DNA from: an uncultured Eubacteriales bacterium
GTDB lineage: Bacteria > Bacillota > Clostridia > Christensenellales > Aristaeellaceae
Reading direction: 5' to 3'
NCBI GenBank assembly: GCA_902793325.1
Contig: CADBCY010000032.1
Location: 6,924-70,923, forward strand
DNA: 64,000 nt
Part shown: one piece after another, positions 1 to 9,224 of the stretch
Position numbering within the stretch: the stretch's first letter is position 1
Layout: every line of letters begins with the position of its first letter
Notes under the pieces: generated by a model
What the model was told of the DNA's origin: nothing
The model's input: the letters and a program-made list of their open reading frames with translations, nothing else
The model's database searches: none
Program-made: the position numbers and the translations under genes

Positions 1-1119
1 CTTGCCCTCCACGTCGGAGAGCTTCGCCACGGGGCGCCCGTTCACGTATTGCAGCTTGATGACGATGTTCAGCGCCGTTTCGCAGGTGTCGTTGGACACG
101 AAGGTGCCGATGCCGAAGGAGACCTTGGCGCGGTCCTTGAAGTAGTCGTACAGCTTCTGTGCGCGGTCGAAGTTCAGGCCGTCGCTGAACAGCAGCATCT
201 TGGTCCGCGGGTCCACGCCGTACTTCCGGTAGTGCGCGATGATCTTCTCGCCCCACTCGTAGGGGTCGCCGCTGTCATGGCGCACGCCGTTGTAGTTGTT
301 CACCATGGCGTGGTTGAAGTCCAGCAGGAACAGGTCCGTGGTCAGCGTGTCGGACAGCGCCGTGCCGTTGTCGCCGCGGTATTCGTCGTACCAGTCCTCC
401 ATGGCGTAGTGGTTGGTGTAGGCCAGGGGAATCTGGTCGATGCCCTGGTACATCTGCACGAATTCATGGGCGTAGGTGCCGATGGGCTTCAGGCCGTACT
501 TCTTCGCCAGGTACACGTTGCTGGTGCCGGTCATGCTGTGGGTTTCCGTGGCCATGCGGCGCACGACCTCGTCCTCCCACTCGCGGCTCAGCCGGCGGCG
601 GCAGCCGAACTCCGCGAACCGGAAGGTGTAGGTGCCGTCGTTCAGCGCGGCGATCTTGCGGTCGAGCCGCTCCCGCGCGGAGAGCAGCAGCGTCTCGTAG
701 TCGAAGTGCATGCGGAAGTAGACCTCGTTGATGATCTCCAGCAGGTAGATCTCAAACTGCATGGCGGAGAACATGGGCCCGCGCACGATCACCGACAGGG
801 TGCCGTCCTCGTGCAGGTCCGTCTCCACGTACTCCCGGATGGGGTGCCACAGCCGCAGGAATTCCACGTAGTCGCTCTTGATGAAGCGGATGGAGCGCAG
901 GTAGTCCAGCTCGTCCTTGCGGAAGCGCAGCGTGCAGAGGTGGTCGATCTGCGCGTTGATCTCCTCCAGCATCTCGGGGGTGAACACCACGTCCTCGTTG
1001 CGGCACTTGAAGAAGTATACGCCGTTCAGGTCGGTGTGCTTGTGGAAGATGACCTGATCCATGTTGAATTTGTACAGGTCGGTGTCCAGCAGGGACATGA
1101 CGATGGGGTCCAGCTTCAC
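1..1119 (-). CDS. pncB: nicotinate phosphoribosyltransferase (3' end runs off the window start)
   Basis: Absent from the ORF track because it has no stop inside the window. My reverse-strand translation from GTG 1119 (GGAGG about 8 nt upstream; alternative ATG 1098) reads VKLDPIVMSLLDTDLYKFNMDQVIF...FGCRRRLS...GTSNVYLAKKYGLKPIGTYAHEFVQ...GVRHDSGDPYEWGEKII...IVIKLQYVNGRPVAKLSD. These match the conserved PncB blocks. Confidence 0.85.
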   Translation of the reverse strand, partial: MKLDPIVMSLLDTDLYKFNMDQVIFHKHTDLNGVYFFKCRNEDVVFTPEMLEEINAQIDHLCTLRFRKDELDYLRSIRFIKSDYVEFLRLWHPIREYVETDLHEDGTLSVIVRGPMFSAMQFEIYLLEIINEVYFRMHFDYETLLLSARERLDRKIAALNDGTYTFRFAEFGCRRRLSREWEDEVVRRMATETHSMTGTSNVYLAKKYGLKPIGTYAHEFVQMYQGIDQIPLAYTNHYAMEDWYDEYRGDNGTALSDTLTTDLFLLDFNHAMVNNYNGVRHDSGDPYEWGEKIIAHYRKYGVDPRTKMLLFSDGLNFDRAQKLYDYFKDRAKVSFGIGTFVSNDTCETALNIVIKLQYVNGRPVAKLSDVEGK

Positions 1120-1148
1120 GGGTATTCCTCCAAACTGAGCGTCGGCGC

Positions 1149-1703
1149 TCACACGCTGTCGGTGTCTTCGTTGTCCTGGGCCAGCAGCGTCAGCCGGCGC
1201 AGCTCCTCCCAGCGGTGCCAGTGCACCGGGTTCACGTATTCCCGCCATGCCTCGAAGTCGCCCGCGATCAGGTGGCCGCGCAGCTCGGAGGCGGAGATGT
1301 CGATGGTCTTGGGCACGTAGAGCTCCGCGATGGACAGCCCCTCCACGTGGTCGAACCAGTTCTTGCGGCGCTCCTCCTTGCCGGACACCAGCAGGTCCGG
1401 CAGCATGCCGAAGACCCGGCGCACGCTGTCCAGCACGTAGTCGCCCCAGGCGCCGTTGTTGCCCACGCCGATGTCCGGCAGCGGCGCGACCCGCAGCGTG
1501 CCGGGGAAGGCTTCCTCCAGCATGTCCCGCCTGAGGGCGTAGGGGAAGGGGTTCACCCGCGTGCCCGACTCCTGCGACGAGCCCACGAACAGCCCCACGC
1601 GGTCGCACAGCTCCAGGGCCTTGCGGATCATGTCCTCATGGCCGGTGTGCAGGGTCTGGAATCGCCCCACCAGGATGCCCAGGGCATAGGGCTTGTTCTC
1701 CAT
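1149..1703 (-). CDS. nicotinamide/nicotinate-nucleotide adenylyltransferase, NadM-like cytidylyltransferase family
   Basis: ORF 1149..1790, trimmed to ATG 1703 (GGGAGG upstream). The motif LGILVGRFQTLHTGHEDMI is the (H/T)xGH nucleotidyltransferase signature. The gene lies directly upstream of pncB, giving an NAD salvage pair. Confidence 0.7.
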   Translation of the reverse strand: MENKPYALGILVGRFQTLHTGHEDMIRKALELCDRVGLFVGSSQESGTRVNPFPYALRRDMLEEAFPGTLRVAPLPDIGVGNNGAWGDYVLDSVRRVFGMLPDLLVSGKEERRKNWFDHVEGLSIAELYVPKTIDISASELRGHLIAGDFEAWREYVNPVHWHRWEELRRLTLLAQDNEDTDSV

Positions 1704-1844
1704 AATGGCCTCCCGCGCCGCGGCTATGGCGCGGCATTCCATAAAAAGATAGCACAATTTCGGGGGACTGTCAAGGCCGGTTTTCCGCATCTACGACGGA
1801 AAAAACCCCGCGCTCGCGGGGAGCGCGGGGGATGGCGCGGGGCG

Positions 1845-3284
1845 TCACCGGCGGATGATGACGGTGGTGCCCTCGGGGCAGTTGTCGAAGATCCACTTGG
1901 CGGATTTCACGGTCAGGCGGATGCAGCCGTGGGACGCGCGGTGGCCCAGGGCGTGCACCGACGAGCGGGTGGGGCCCTTCTTGCTGGAGCTGTAGATGAC
2001 GGAGTGGAACATCACGCCGCCCACGATGCGGGTCGCCCACTTCACGTAGACGTTGGAATCCTGCATGTAGTACCATTCCTTGCCGTTGGCCTTGCCGTCG
2101 GCCTGGTAGTGGCCCAGCGGGGTGGGGGTGCCCACCTTGCCGGTGGAGCACTTGAACTTCTGCACCAGCTTGGAGTAGTCCTTGCCGGTCCACTTGGCCA
2201 CGTACACGCGCTGGTCAGAGATGTCCACCCAGATCTTGTAGGGGAACACGTACTCCTCGGCCTGCGGGGGATTGGCGCTGAACAGGGCGCGCTGGGTCTT
2301 TTCGTCGGCGATACCGGTCTGCTTGAGGCCGCACTTGCGCTGGAAGTACATGAGGGCGTACTTGGTCAGGTTGCCGTAGGCGCCGTCGGGCTTGTACAGG
2401 TAGTTCAGCGAGCGGAGCCTGCGCTGTACGCGCCAGACCTCGTCGCCGGTGTCGCCCTTCTGCACGGTGTAGCGGTAGATGGCAAAGGGCTTCTCGCCGT
2501 TGATGTAGCGCATCAGCGCCTCGTCGATGTCGCCGTCGATGTCGCCGGTCACGCCGTCGTCCAGCGTCAGCAGCTCATCCTCCACCACGGGCATGCCCAT
2601 CACGTCCTCCGGCTCGGGGGTGACGGTGGGCTGGGCCGCGGCCGCCGCGGCGGACAGGCCGTAGGAGGGGTCGATGGCGGAGATGTAATTCTTGAACGCC
2701 CGCACGGCGCGCGCGGTGCTGTCGCCGTAGGTACCGTCCACGGCGCTCTCCAGGAAGCCCCACTGGGCCAGCATGCTCTGCACGCGGGTGGTGTCGCTGC
2801 CGAACATAGAGGCGCTCTGCGAAGCGCGCACCAGCGTGGAGTCGTCCTGGTAGATGCGGTTCTGGGTGGCGGAGTCGGCGATGCCGGTGGCGGGTAGGCC
2901 GTTGTTCTTCTGGAACTGCTTGACGGCGATCTCGGTGTTGGCGCCATAGGTGCCGTCGGCGGTGTCGCGCAGGTAGCCCAGCTCGATCAGCCGGTTCTGC
3001 AGGAACACGATGTAGGACATGCCGTCGTCGGCGTCGCTGTCGCCCAGCGAGAGCATCGGGTACTGGGTGCCGGTCTCCAGGCCCAGGTCCGCGGTGGTAT
3101 AGGAGGTCTGCGCCGGGGTGGCGACGCCGTCGGTGGAGCCGTAGATGGCGTTGTTGTCCACGAACTCGGTCTGGGCGTCGTTCCCGAAGAGCATATCCTC
3201 GGCGGTGGTGGCCAGCGCGGGCTGACCCAGCGCGGCGACCAGCAGCGAAGTCATCAGCAGCAGGCAGAGCATGCGACGTTTCAA
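1845..3284 (-). CDS. secreted L,D-transpeptidase (YkuD domain) with three peptidoglycan-binding (PG_binding_1-like) repeats
   Basis: 479 aa. Signal peptide MKRRMLCLLLMTSLLVAALG (TTG start, GGAGG 9 nt upstream). Three LxxLGYL...DGxYGxxTxxAVxxFQ repeats. C-terminal catalytic block HSVIYSS...ALGHRASHGCIRL. Confidence 0.9.
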   Translation of the reverse strand: MKRRMLCLLLMTSLLVAALGQPALATTAEDMLFGNDAQTEFVDNNAIYGSTDGVATPAQTSYTTADLGLETGTQYPMLSLGDSDADDGMSYIVFLQNRLIELGYLRDTADGTYGANTEIAVKQFQKNNGLPATGIADSATQNRIYQDDSTLVRASQSASMFGSDTTRVQSMLAQWGFLESAVDGTYGDSTARAVRAFKNYISAIDPSYGLSAAAAAAQPTVTPEPEDVMGMPVVEDELLTLDDGVTGDIDGDIDEALMRYINGEKPFAIYRYTVQKGDTGDEVWRVQRRLRSLNYLYKPDGAYGNLTKYALMYFQRKCGLKQTGIADEKTQRALFSANPPQAEEYVFPYKIWVDISDQRVYVAKWTGKDYSKLVQKFKCSTGKVGTPTPLGHYQADGKANGKEWYYMQDSNVYVKWATRIVGGVMFHSVIYSSSKKGPTRSSVHALGHRASHGCIRLTVKSAKWIFDNCPEGTTVIIRR

Positions 3285-3342
3285 CAGAATGCACCTCCAT
3301 CAATCCCCGAAGCAGCGGGGGTAAACACAGTTATACACATTT

Positions 3343-3351
3343 ATTATAACA
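3343..3351 (-). promoter_or_regulatory. extended -10 element TGTTATAAT upstream of the first L,D-transpeptidase gene
   Basis: The reverse complement of 3343-3351 reads TGTTATAAT, in an AT-rich intergenic patch about 60 nt upstream of the start. The -35 element is weak. Confidence 0.4.
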
Positions 3352-3420
3352 GCCCCGCCGTGGATTTTCATGGCTTTTTATTTTACTGTTTGTATCTTTT
3401 TTGTAACAGCTAAACGCGCG

Positions 3421-3457
3421 AAAAAGGGCCCGTGCCGGCGCACGCCGGCACGGACCC
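3421..3457 (-). terminator. rho-independent terminator of the second L,D-transpeptidase gene
   Basis: Minus strand reads GGGTCCGTGCCGGCG-tg-CGCCGGCACGGGCCC followed by TTTTT. It lies just downstream of the stop at 3474. Confidence 0.7.
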
Positions 3458-3473
3458 CCGAACGTATCCTTCG

Positions 3474-4895
3474 TCAGTAAACCTCGATCTTCTGCCCCGA
3501 GCGACAGTGCGTGCAGATCCACTTCGCGTCCTCCACCCGCAGGCGCACGCAGCCGTGGGAGGCGCGGTGGCCCAGGTTGTACACCGAGGATTCGCGCAGC
3601 GTGGACTCGCGGTTGTCGGAGTACAGCACCGAGTGGAACAGTATGTTCCCCGTGATCACGAAGGCGTACTGCGCCCAGCACTTGTGCTCCACGAAGTAGT
3701 GCCAGCGGCCGTCCCTGCGGCCGGTGGAGGTGAACACGCCCTTGGGGGTGTCGTGGCCGTAGGCGCCGGTGGAGCAGATCATGGTGCGCACGAGGTAGTC
3801 GTATTCGCCGTCCACCAGGCGGTACACGTACACGCGCTGGTCGTCGATGGACACCTTCAGGTAGAAGGGCATGCCCACCGGTTCGCCGCTGTCGATGGAC
3901 ACCGCCGCGTCGCTGTAGAGCAGCGCCTGGGTCTCCTCGTCGGCGATGCCGGTCTGCTGCAGGTTGTTGCGGCGCTGGAACACCTTGAGCGCCGTCTCGG
4001 TCATGCGGCCGAAGTGGCCGTCCAGCACGTCGTAGTAGTACTCCAGCGTGGAGAGGCGGTTTTGCAGCCGCTGCACCTCGATGCCCTCGTCCCCGGCCTG
4101 CACCGTCTGGTGGTAGGCGGGGAAGCGGCCGGACACCAGGTAGTTGTAGAAGTTGGCGCTCACCGTGCCGTCCACCGGATAGCTGGGGCGCAGGGTGGGC
4201 TCGGGCGTGGGCGCGATCATGGCGTACTCCAGCGGCTCGTCGATCACGATGTCGCCCGCCGCCAGGATTTCCTCGGGGATGGGCGTGGTCACGGGCAGCA
4301 GGTCGGGCTCGTCCTCCAGGCCCGGGTCGTCGAACTCGGTGCCGTAGCGCTCCACGGCGTACTCCTGGATGGCCATGACGGCTTCGCTGGTGGCTTCGTC
4401 GTAGGTGCCGCTGACCTCCTGCACGCTGAAGCCGTAGGTGCGCAGCAGCCGCTGGACGTTCTCCACCTCGGTGCCGAAGGAACCGGAGTTCAGCACCGTG
4501 AGGCCGTCCTCGCCGGTCCCCTCGCCGGGGTTGGGATCGTTGTTCTGGGAGTAGAGCGCGATCTCGGTGTCCAGCGTCAGCTTGCCGCTGGGATCGAGGC
4601 CCTTCGCCCGCTGGAAGGCGGCCAGGGCGCGCGCGGTGCCGCTGCCGAAGATGCCGTCCGGCTCGTCCTCGAGGTAGCCCAGCTGCATGAGCCGCGCCTG
4701 CATGCCGTACACCGCGCGCTCGTCGCCCTCGTCCCGGCTGCCCGGCCCGAGGATCGAACCCTCCGCCAGCGCGGCGGGGAGCCTGCCGATCCGCACGGAA
4801 TCGCTCTCGATGATCGCATAGCGGCAGCCGCTGAACAGCGCGACCACCATCGCCAGCACCAGAACCAAGCAAACGCGTCTCATGAAACAGCGCAC
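3474..4895 (-). CDS. L,D-transpeptidase lipoprotein (YkuD domain) with three peptidoglycan-binding repeats; paralog of 1845..3284
   Basis: 473 aa. Lipobox LFSGC. Three PG-binding repeats (MQARLMQLGYL..., VQRLLRTYGF..., LQNRLSTLEYY...). Catalytic block HSVLYSD...NLGHRASHGCVRL. Confidence 0.9.
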   Translation of the reverse strand: MRCFMRRVCLVLVLAMVVALFSGCRYAIIESDSVRIGRLPAALAEGSILGPGSRDEGDERAVYGMQARLMQLGYLEDEPDGIFGSGTARALAAFQRAKGLDPSGKLTLDTEIALYSQNNDPNPGEGTGEDGLTVLNSGSFGTEVENVQRLLRTYGFSVQEVSGTYDEATSEAVMAIQEYAVERYGTEFDDPGLEDEPDLLPVTTPIPEEILAAGDIVIDEPLEYAMIAPTPEPTLRPSYPVDGTVSANFYNYLVSGRFPAYHQTVQAGDEGIEVQRLQNRLSTLEYYYDVLDGHFGRMTETALKVFQRRNNLQQTGIADEETQALLYSDAAVSIDSGEPVGMPFYLKVSIDDQRVYVYRLVDGEYDYLVRTMICSTGAYGHDTPKGVFTSTGRRDGRWHYFVEHKCWAQYAFVITGNILFHSVLYSDNRESTLRESSVYNLGHRASHGCVRLRVEDAKWICTHCRSGQKIEVY

Positions 4896-4916
4896 CTCAT
4901 ATCAAAACTAACGATT

Positions 4917-4945
4917 ATTGTATCGCGCGCATGTAAAAATGGCAA
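4917..4945 (-). promoter_or_regulatory. sigma-70-type promoter TTGCCA-17-TACAAT
   Basis: Minus strand reads TTGCCAtttttacatgcgcgcgaTACAAT, about 20 nt upstream of the 4895 start region. Confidence 0.55.
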
Positions 4946-4990
4946 GATTTCCCGTGGAAAGATGGGAAAAGTTATGCGTTTTTAATAATC

Positions 4991-5036
4991 AAAAACCAAA
5001 CGCAGCGCGCCGGGGAGAACCTGGTCTCCCCGGCGC
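4991..5036 (-). terminator. rho-independent terminator downstream of the isomerase-family gene
   Basis: Minus strand reads GCGCCGGGGAGA-ccaggt-TCTCCCCGGCGC followed by a GCTGCGTTTGGTTTTTG tail. Confidence 0.7.
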
Positions 5037-5062
5037 GGGTCGGGACGGGAGAATATTCGCGA

Positions 5063-6524
5063 TTACGCGAAGGGATTCTCGCTCTTGTAGTAGCAGCCCT
5101 TGGGCTGGTTGAAGCTGATCTTGCCGATGCCCAGGTACTTGAACACCTCGTACAGGGCCTTGCCGGCATGGCCGAAGGCCACGGCGCCGTGATGCGGATA
5201 GCCGTCCTCGATCAGCACGTGGCGATAGAAGCGGTTCATCTCCGGGATGGCGAACACGCCGATGCCGCCGAAGGACTGCGTGGCCACGGGCAGGATCTCG
5301 CCCTGGGCGATGTAGGACTGCAGCACGCTGTCCGCGTTGCCCTGCAGGCGGTAGAAGGTGATCTCGCCGGGCGCGATGTCGCCTTCCAGGGTGCCGCGGG
5401 TGATGTCGGGCTCGCCGTCGGGCTCCAGGCCGCGCTTCATGATGAGCTGGTACTTCATGGTGCCCTTGGTCAGCCGGCACATGGGGGTGTTGCCGCAGTG
5501 GAAGCCCATGAAGGTCTCGTTGTGGCGATAGTCGAACTTGCCCTTGATGCTCTCGTTGTACATGTCGGCGGGCACGCTGTTGTTGATGTCCAGCAGGGTC
5601 ACGGACGCGCCGGTCACGCAGGTGCCGATGTACTCGGACAGCGCGCCGTAGATGTCCACCTCGCAGGCCACCGGGATGCCCATGGCGGTCAGGCGGGAGT
5701 TGACTCTGGAAGGCCGGCCAGCACTTGTTGGCCATGGCCACGTACTTGGCCGCGCCCTTGTTGGCCTCGATCCAGTCCAGCAGCGTCAGCTCATACTGCG
5801 CGAGGCGCGGCAGGATGCCGGGCATCTTGTTGCCCTCGCCGAGCTCCTCCTCCATCTCCTTGATCTTGGCGGGGATGCGGGGATCGTTGGCGTGCTCCTT
5901 GTAGGCCTTCAGCAGGTCCAGCTCGGAGTTCTCCTGCACGTTGACGCCCAGCTTAAAGATGGGGGCGACGGGCGCGTTGCAGGCCAGGAAGTCAAAGGGA
6001 CGGGGGCCGAAGGTGATGATCTTCAGGTCCTTCAGGCCCAGGATCGCGCGGGCGATGGGCTCGAAGTCGATGATCTCGTTGGCGCAGTACTCGGCGTCGC
6101 CCACGGGATACTCGGGGATGTAGGCCTTGATGCCGCTGAGCTTCAGGTTATAGGAAGCGTTCAGCATGCCGCAGTAGGCGTCGCCGCGATCGCTGGACAG
6201 CACGCCGATGTCCTCCTCGGCGGCGGCAATGTACATCACGGGGCCGTCGAACATCTTGGCGATGGCGGTCTCGGGGCCCTCGGGGCCGAAGTTGCCCAGG
6301 AACACGACCAGGGCGTTGATGCCGGACTTCTTGATCTCCTCATAGGCTTCCATCACGTTGGCGTCGATGCCGCCCTCGATGATGGTCTGACACTCGTAAA
6401 TCTCGAAGTTCTTCTCCTTCAGCTTGGCGACGATGGCCTTGCGGCGCTTCTCGGAGAGGGTGATGGGGAAGCAATCGCGGCTGACGGCCAGGATGCCCAT
6501 TTTGACCTGGGGAATGTTGTTCAT
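5063..6524 (-). pseudogene. L-fucose/L-arabinose isomerase family gene split by a frame break near 5705
   Basis: The N-terminal part (ORF 4989..6524) reads sensibly up to ...ANKCWPAFQ and then becomes Arg/Gly/Pro junk. The C-terminal part continues in another frame (ORF 5063..5683) as VNSRLTAMGIPVACEVDIYGALSEY...YKSENPFA. The two frames meet at TTCCAG-A-GTCAAC (about 5699-5711). Confidence 0.75.
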
Positions 6525-6596
6525 TTGAATCTCCTCCTGACAAAAAGTATTCGATGGAAGTTAGTCATTGTTAACGCCCGTTTAACCTACACATCT

Positions 6597-6625
6597 ATAG
6601 TAACAGGAAAACCGCGCCGCGTCAA
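6597..6625 (-). promoter_or_regulatory. sigma-70-type promoter TTGACG-17-TACTAT for the isomerase-family gene
   Basis: Minus strand reads TTGACGcggcgcggttttcctgtTACTAT, about 70 nt upstream of ATG 6524. Confidence 0.5.
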
Positions 6626-6676
6626 TAGGCAAGTCGCGAGGATTTGCGATAAGACAAATTCTGCATAGCGAATGAA

Positions 6677-6703
6677 CAAAAATGGGGCGGCCGAAGCCGC
6701 CCC
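6677..6703 (-). terminator. rho-independent terminator of asnS
   Basis: Minus strand reads GGGGCGGC-ttcg-GCCGCCCC followed by ATTTTTG, about 30 nt after the asnS stop. Confidence 0.75.
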
Positions 6704-6735
6704 GAAGTCGCGCTGCAATGTCCCGCCCGATGCGA

Positions 6736-8133
6736 TCAGAAGTCCGCGCTGCCGGTGGTGCGGGGGAAGGGCAGCACGTCGCGGATGTTGGCGATGCCGG
6801 TCAGGTACATGATCATGCGCTCGAAGCCCATGCCGAAGCCGGCGTGCTTGGCGGTGCCGTACTTGCGCAGCTCCAGGTACCACCAGTAGTCCTCGGGCTT
6901 CATGCCCAGCTCCTCGATGCGCGCCTTGAGCACGTCGTAGCGCTCCTCGCGCTGGCTGCCGCCGCACAGCTCGCCCACGGCGGGCACCAGCAGGTCGGCC
7001 GCGGCCACGGTCTTGCCGTCCTCGTTCATGCGCATGTAGAAGGCTTTGATCTCCTTGGGCCAGTCGGTGACGAACACGGGCTTTCCGAAGTGCTTCTCGG
7101 TCAGGTAGCGCTCGTGCTCGGTCTGCAGGTCGCTGCCCCACTCGATGGGGTATTCGAACTGCTCGCCGGAGTTCTTCAGGATGTCGATGGCTTCGGTGTA
7201 GCTGCAGCGCACGAACTCGGCGTCGCGCACGAACGACAGCCGCTCGATCAGGCCCTTGTCCACGAAGCTGTTCAGGAAGGCCATCTCCTCCGGGCACTCC
7301 TCGAGCACCGCGGCGATGATGTACTTCACCATCTCCTCCTGCAGGTCCATGTCCACGGCCAGGTCCGCGAAGGCGATTTCCGGCTCGATCATCCAGAACT
7401 CCGCGGCGTGGCGGGGCGTGTAGGATTCCTCGGCGCGGAAGGTAGGGCCGAAGGTATAGACGTTGCGGAAGGCCATGGCGAAGATCTCCGCGTTCAACTG
7501 GCCGGACACGGTCAGCGACACGGGCTTGCCGAAGAAGTCCTTGGAGTAGTCGGTCCGGCCCTCCTCGGTGAGCGGCCGCAGGTCGGGGTCGATGGTGGTG
7601 ACGCGGAACATCTCGCCCGCGCCCTCGCAGTCGCTGCCGGTGATCAGCGGCGTGTGCACGTACACATAGCCCTTGTCGTGGAAGAAGCGGTGGATGGCCT
7701 GGGCCGCCACGCTGCGCACGCGGAAGGCGCACTGGAACAGGTTCGCCCGCGGGCGGAGGTGCTGGATGGTCCTGAGGTACTCCAGCGTATGGCGCTTCTT
7801 CTGCAGCGGGTAGTCCGAGGGGCTCTCGCCCACCACGGTGATCTTTTCCGCCTTCAGCTCGAAGGGCTGCTTGTTCTCGGGCGTCAGCACCAGCGTGCCC
7901 TCGGCCTCGATGGCCGCGCCGGTGGCGATGCGTTTGACCGCATCCGCGTAATCCGGCAGCTTGTCCGCCTCCAGGATGATCTGGAGGTTCCTGAAGTAGG
8001 TGCCGTCGTTCAGCTCCACGAAGGCGAAGGCCTTCGATTCGCGGATGGTGCGCACCCAGCCGCTGACCCGGACGCCCTCGACGTCCGCCGCGGGCTTTTT
8101 CGTATACAGGTCCCTGATGAAATACTCTGCCAT
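6736..8133 (-). CDS. asnS: asparagine--tRNA ligase
   Basis: 465 aa. The N-terminal OB-fold [22 protein letters not shown], then [41 protein letters not shown] and the C-terminal [15 protein letters not shown] are typical of class IIb AsnRS. Confidence 0.93.
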   Translation of the reverse strand: MAEYFIRDLYTKKPAADVEGVRVSGWVRTIRESKAFAFVELNDGTYFRNLQIILEADKLPDYADAVKRIATGAAIEAEGTLVLTPENKQPFELKAEKITVVGESPSDYPLQKKRHTLEYLRTIQHLRPRANLFQCAFRVRSVAAQAIHRFFHDKGYVYVHTPLITGSDCEGAGEMFRVTTIDPDLRPLTEEGRTDYSKDFFGKPVSLTVSGQLNAEIFAMAFRNVYTFGPTFRAEESYTPRHAAEFWMIEPEIAFADLAVDMDLQEEMVKYIIAAVLEECPEEMAFLNSFVDKGLIERLSFVRDAEFVRCSYTEAIDILKNSGEQFEYPIEWGSDLQTEHERYLTEKHFGKPVFVTDWPKEIKAFYMRMNEDGKTVAAADLLVPAVGELCGGSQREERYDVLKARIEELGMKPEDYWWYLELRKYGTAKHAGFGMGFERMIMYLTGIANIRDVLPFPRTTGSADF

Positions 8134-8173
8134 GGTTCTCCCTCGCTTCCGGCGATAGTCGGTGAATGCGTCT

Positions 8174-8201
8174 ATTATAACCGATCATTGTTAAGTGTAA
8201 A
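8174..8201 (-). promoter_or_regulatory. sigma-70-type promoter TTTACA-16-TATAAT for asnS
   Basis: Minus strand reads TTTACActtaacaatgatcggtTATAAT, about 40 nt upstream of ATG 8133. Confidence 0.5.
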
Positions 8202-8224
8202 GCGCGGGAGGGGACGAATTCTGC

Positions 8225-9097
8225 TCATTCCCCGAGCAACCGCCTCTGGAAGGCGTCGTCCGCGACGCCGGTGGGCTCCAGGCCGAGCGCCTCCTGCGCG
8301 GCCTTCACGGCGGCCTCGGTCATCCTGCCGAAATCGCCGTCGACGCCGCCGGAGAGCCAGCCGCCCTCGATCAGCGCGCGCTGGAGCCTTGCCACGTCGT
8401 CGCCCCTGTCGCCCCGTTGGAGCGCGCGGCGGGTCGCTTCCGGCGCGGCTTCGGAGAGGTTCAGGACGATCGCCGGGCGCACGCCCACGGACGCCGTGTC
8501 CACGAGGTAGCCGGTTTCGTCGATGTAGCCGGAGTATCCGACGAACGCGGCGGTATTCCTGTGCCATCCGGGCGAGCGCAGCCACCACTGGCAGCGATCC
8601 TGCACATCGCCCGCGGCGGCGGTGCGTTCGGTCGGCGCCAGGACGCGCGCTTCGTTCGCGTCGAAGTACCGATCGGCCTCCGTCGCGCTCAGCAGGAACA
8701 CCCGATCCTGCGTATCGGCGCCGGGGTCGGTATCCCATTCGGGGTTGGGATCGGCCGTGACCGCCGCGGTTTCCAGCCTCGCCCGCTCCTCCTCCGTGAA
8801 CGCCGCGTTCAGGAAATCTTCATTCAGCCACCGCCGCAGCGAGCTGCTCTCCCAGGTGACCGGCGTTTGTTCGGCGTTGTACGGCCGGATGTCCAGCGCG
8901 TACCGGCTGATCAGCGTGGCCGTCCCGCCGTCGCCGTCCAGCACGATCCATTCGATGGGCTCCGCGCCGTCGGACGCGTCGCCGTCCTGCTCGAAGTGTC
9001 CGAAGGCCACGATGTTCCCGGTCGACGCCTCCTCCGCCGTCGCGCAAAGGCACGCCGCGACGATCAGGGCCATGAGGACCGATGCCAGCTTCTTCAT
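8225..9097 (-). CDS. secreted DUF6273-like protein with a C-terminal peptidoglycan-binding domain
   Basis: ORF trimmed to MKKLASVLMALIVAACLC (ATG 9097). WWLRSPG...VRPAI is the motif I associate with DUF6273. The C-terminal VARLQRALIEGGWL...DGDFGRMTEAAVKAAQ is PG_binding_1-like. Confidence 0.7.
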   Translation of the reverse strand: MKKLASVLMALIVAACLCATAEEASTGNIVAFGHFEQDGDASDGAEPIEWIVLDGDGGTATLISRYALDIRPYNAEQTPVTWESSSLRRWLNEDFLNAAFTEEERARLETAAVTADPNPEWDTDPGADTQDRVFLLSATEADRYFDANEARVLAPTERTAAAGDVQDRCQWWLRSPGWHRNTAAFVGYSGYIDETGYLVDTASVGVRPAIVLNLSEAAPEATRRALQRGDRGDDVARLQRALIEGGWLSGGVDGDFGRMTEAAVKAAQEALGLEPTGVADDAFQRRLLGE

Positions 9098-9224
9098 ACG
9101 ATACCACCCTTCGATTGCAGCGTTTGCGTTCGCCGCGCACCGATGACAGCACATCCATGGCGCGCGACCGGGGGATGCGAAGGGACGCCCTTGGCGAATG
9201 CAAAGGCGTCCCGTGGGAGATGGC

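Noticed and set aside
49-1320. Long plus-strand ORF (423 aa), and similar large ORFs at 1215-2897(+), 3331-4872(-), 3432-4985(+), 5652-6668(+), 6587-8188(-), 6682-8760(+), 11128-14481(+), 24703-26520(-), 26842-31320(-), 30609-33359(+), 42069-44885(-), 44842-46485(+), 56782-58569(-), 59533-61491(-) and 61029-63800(-).
   Set aside because: All are Arg/Gly/Ala/Pro/His/Val-rich low-complexity translations. They lie antisense to, or out of frame with, genes that have clear family motifs, RBSs and native codon bias. Stop-poor alternative frames of this kind are expected in GC-rich DNA.
8134-8224. T-box leader upstream of asnS.
   Set aside because: Only about 90 nt separate asnS from the upstream stop, and the promoter leaves a leader of about 40 nt. 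There is no specifier loop, T-box sequence or terminator/antiterminator pair.
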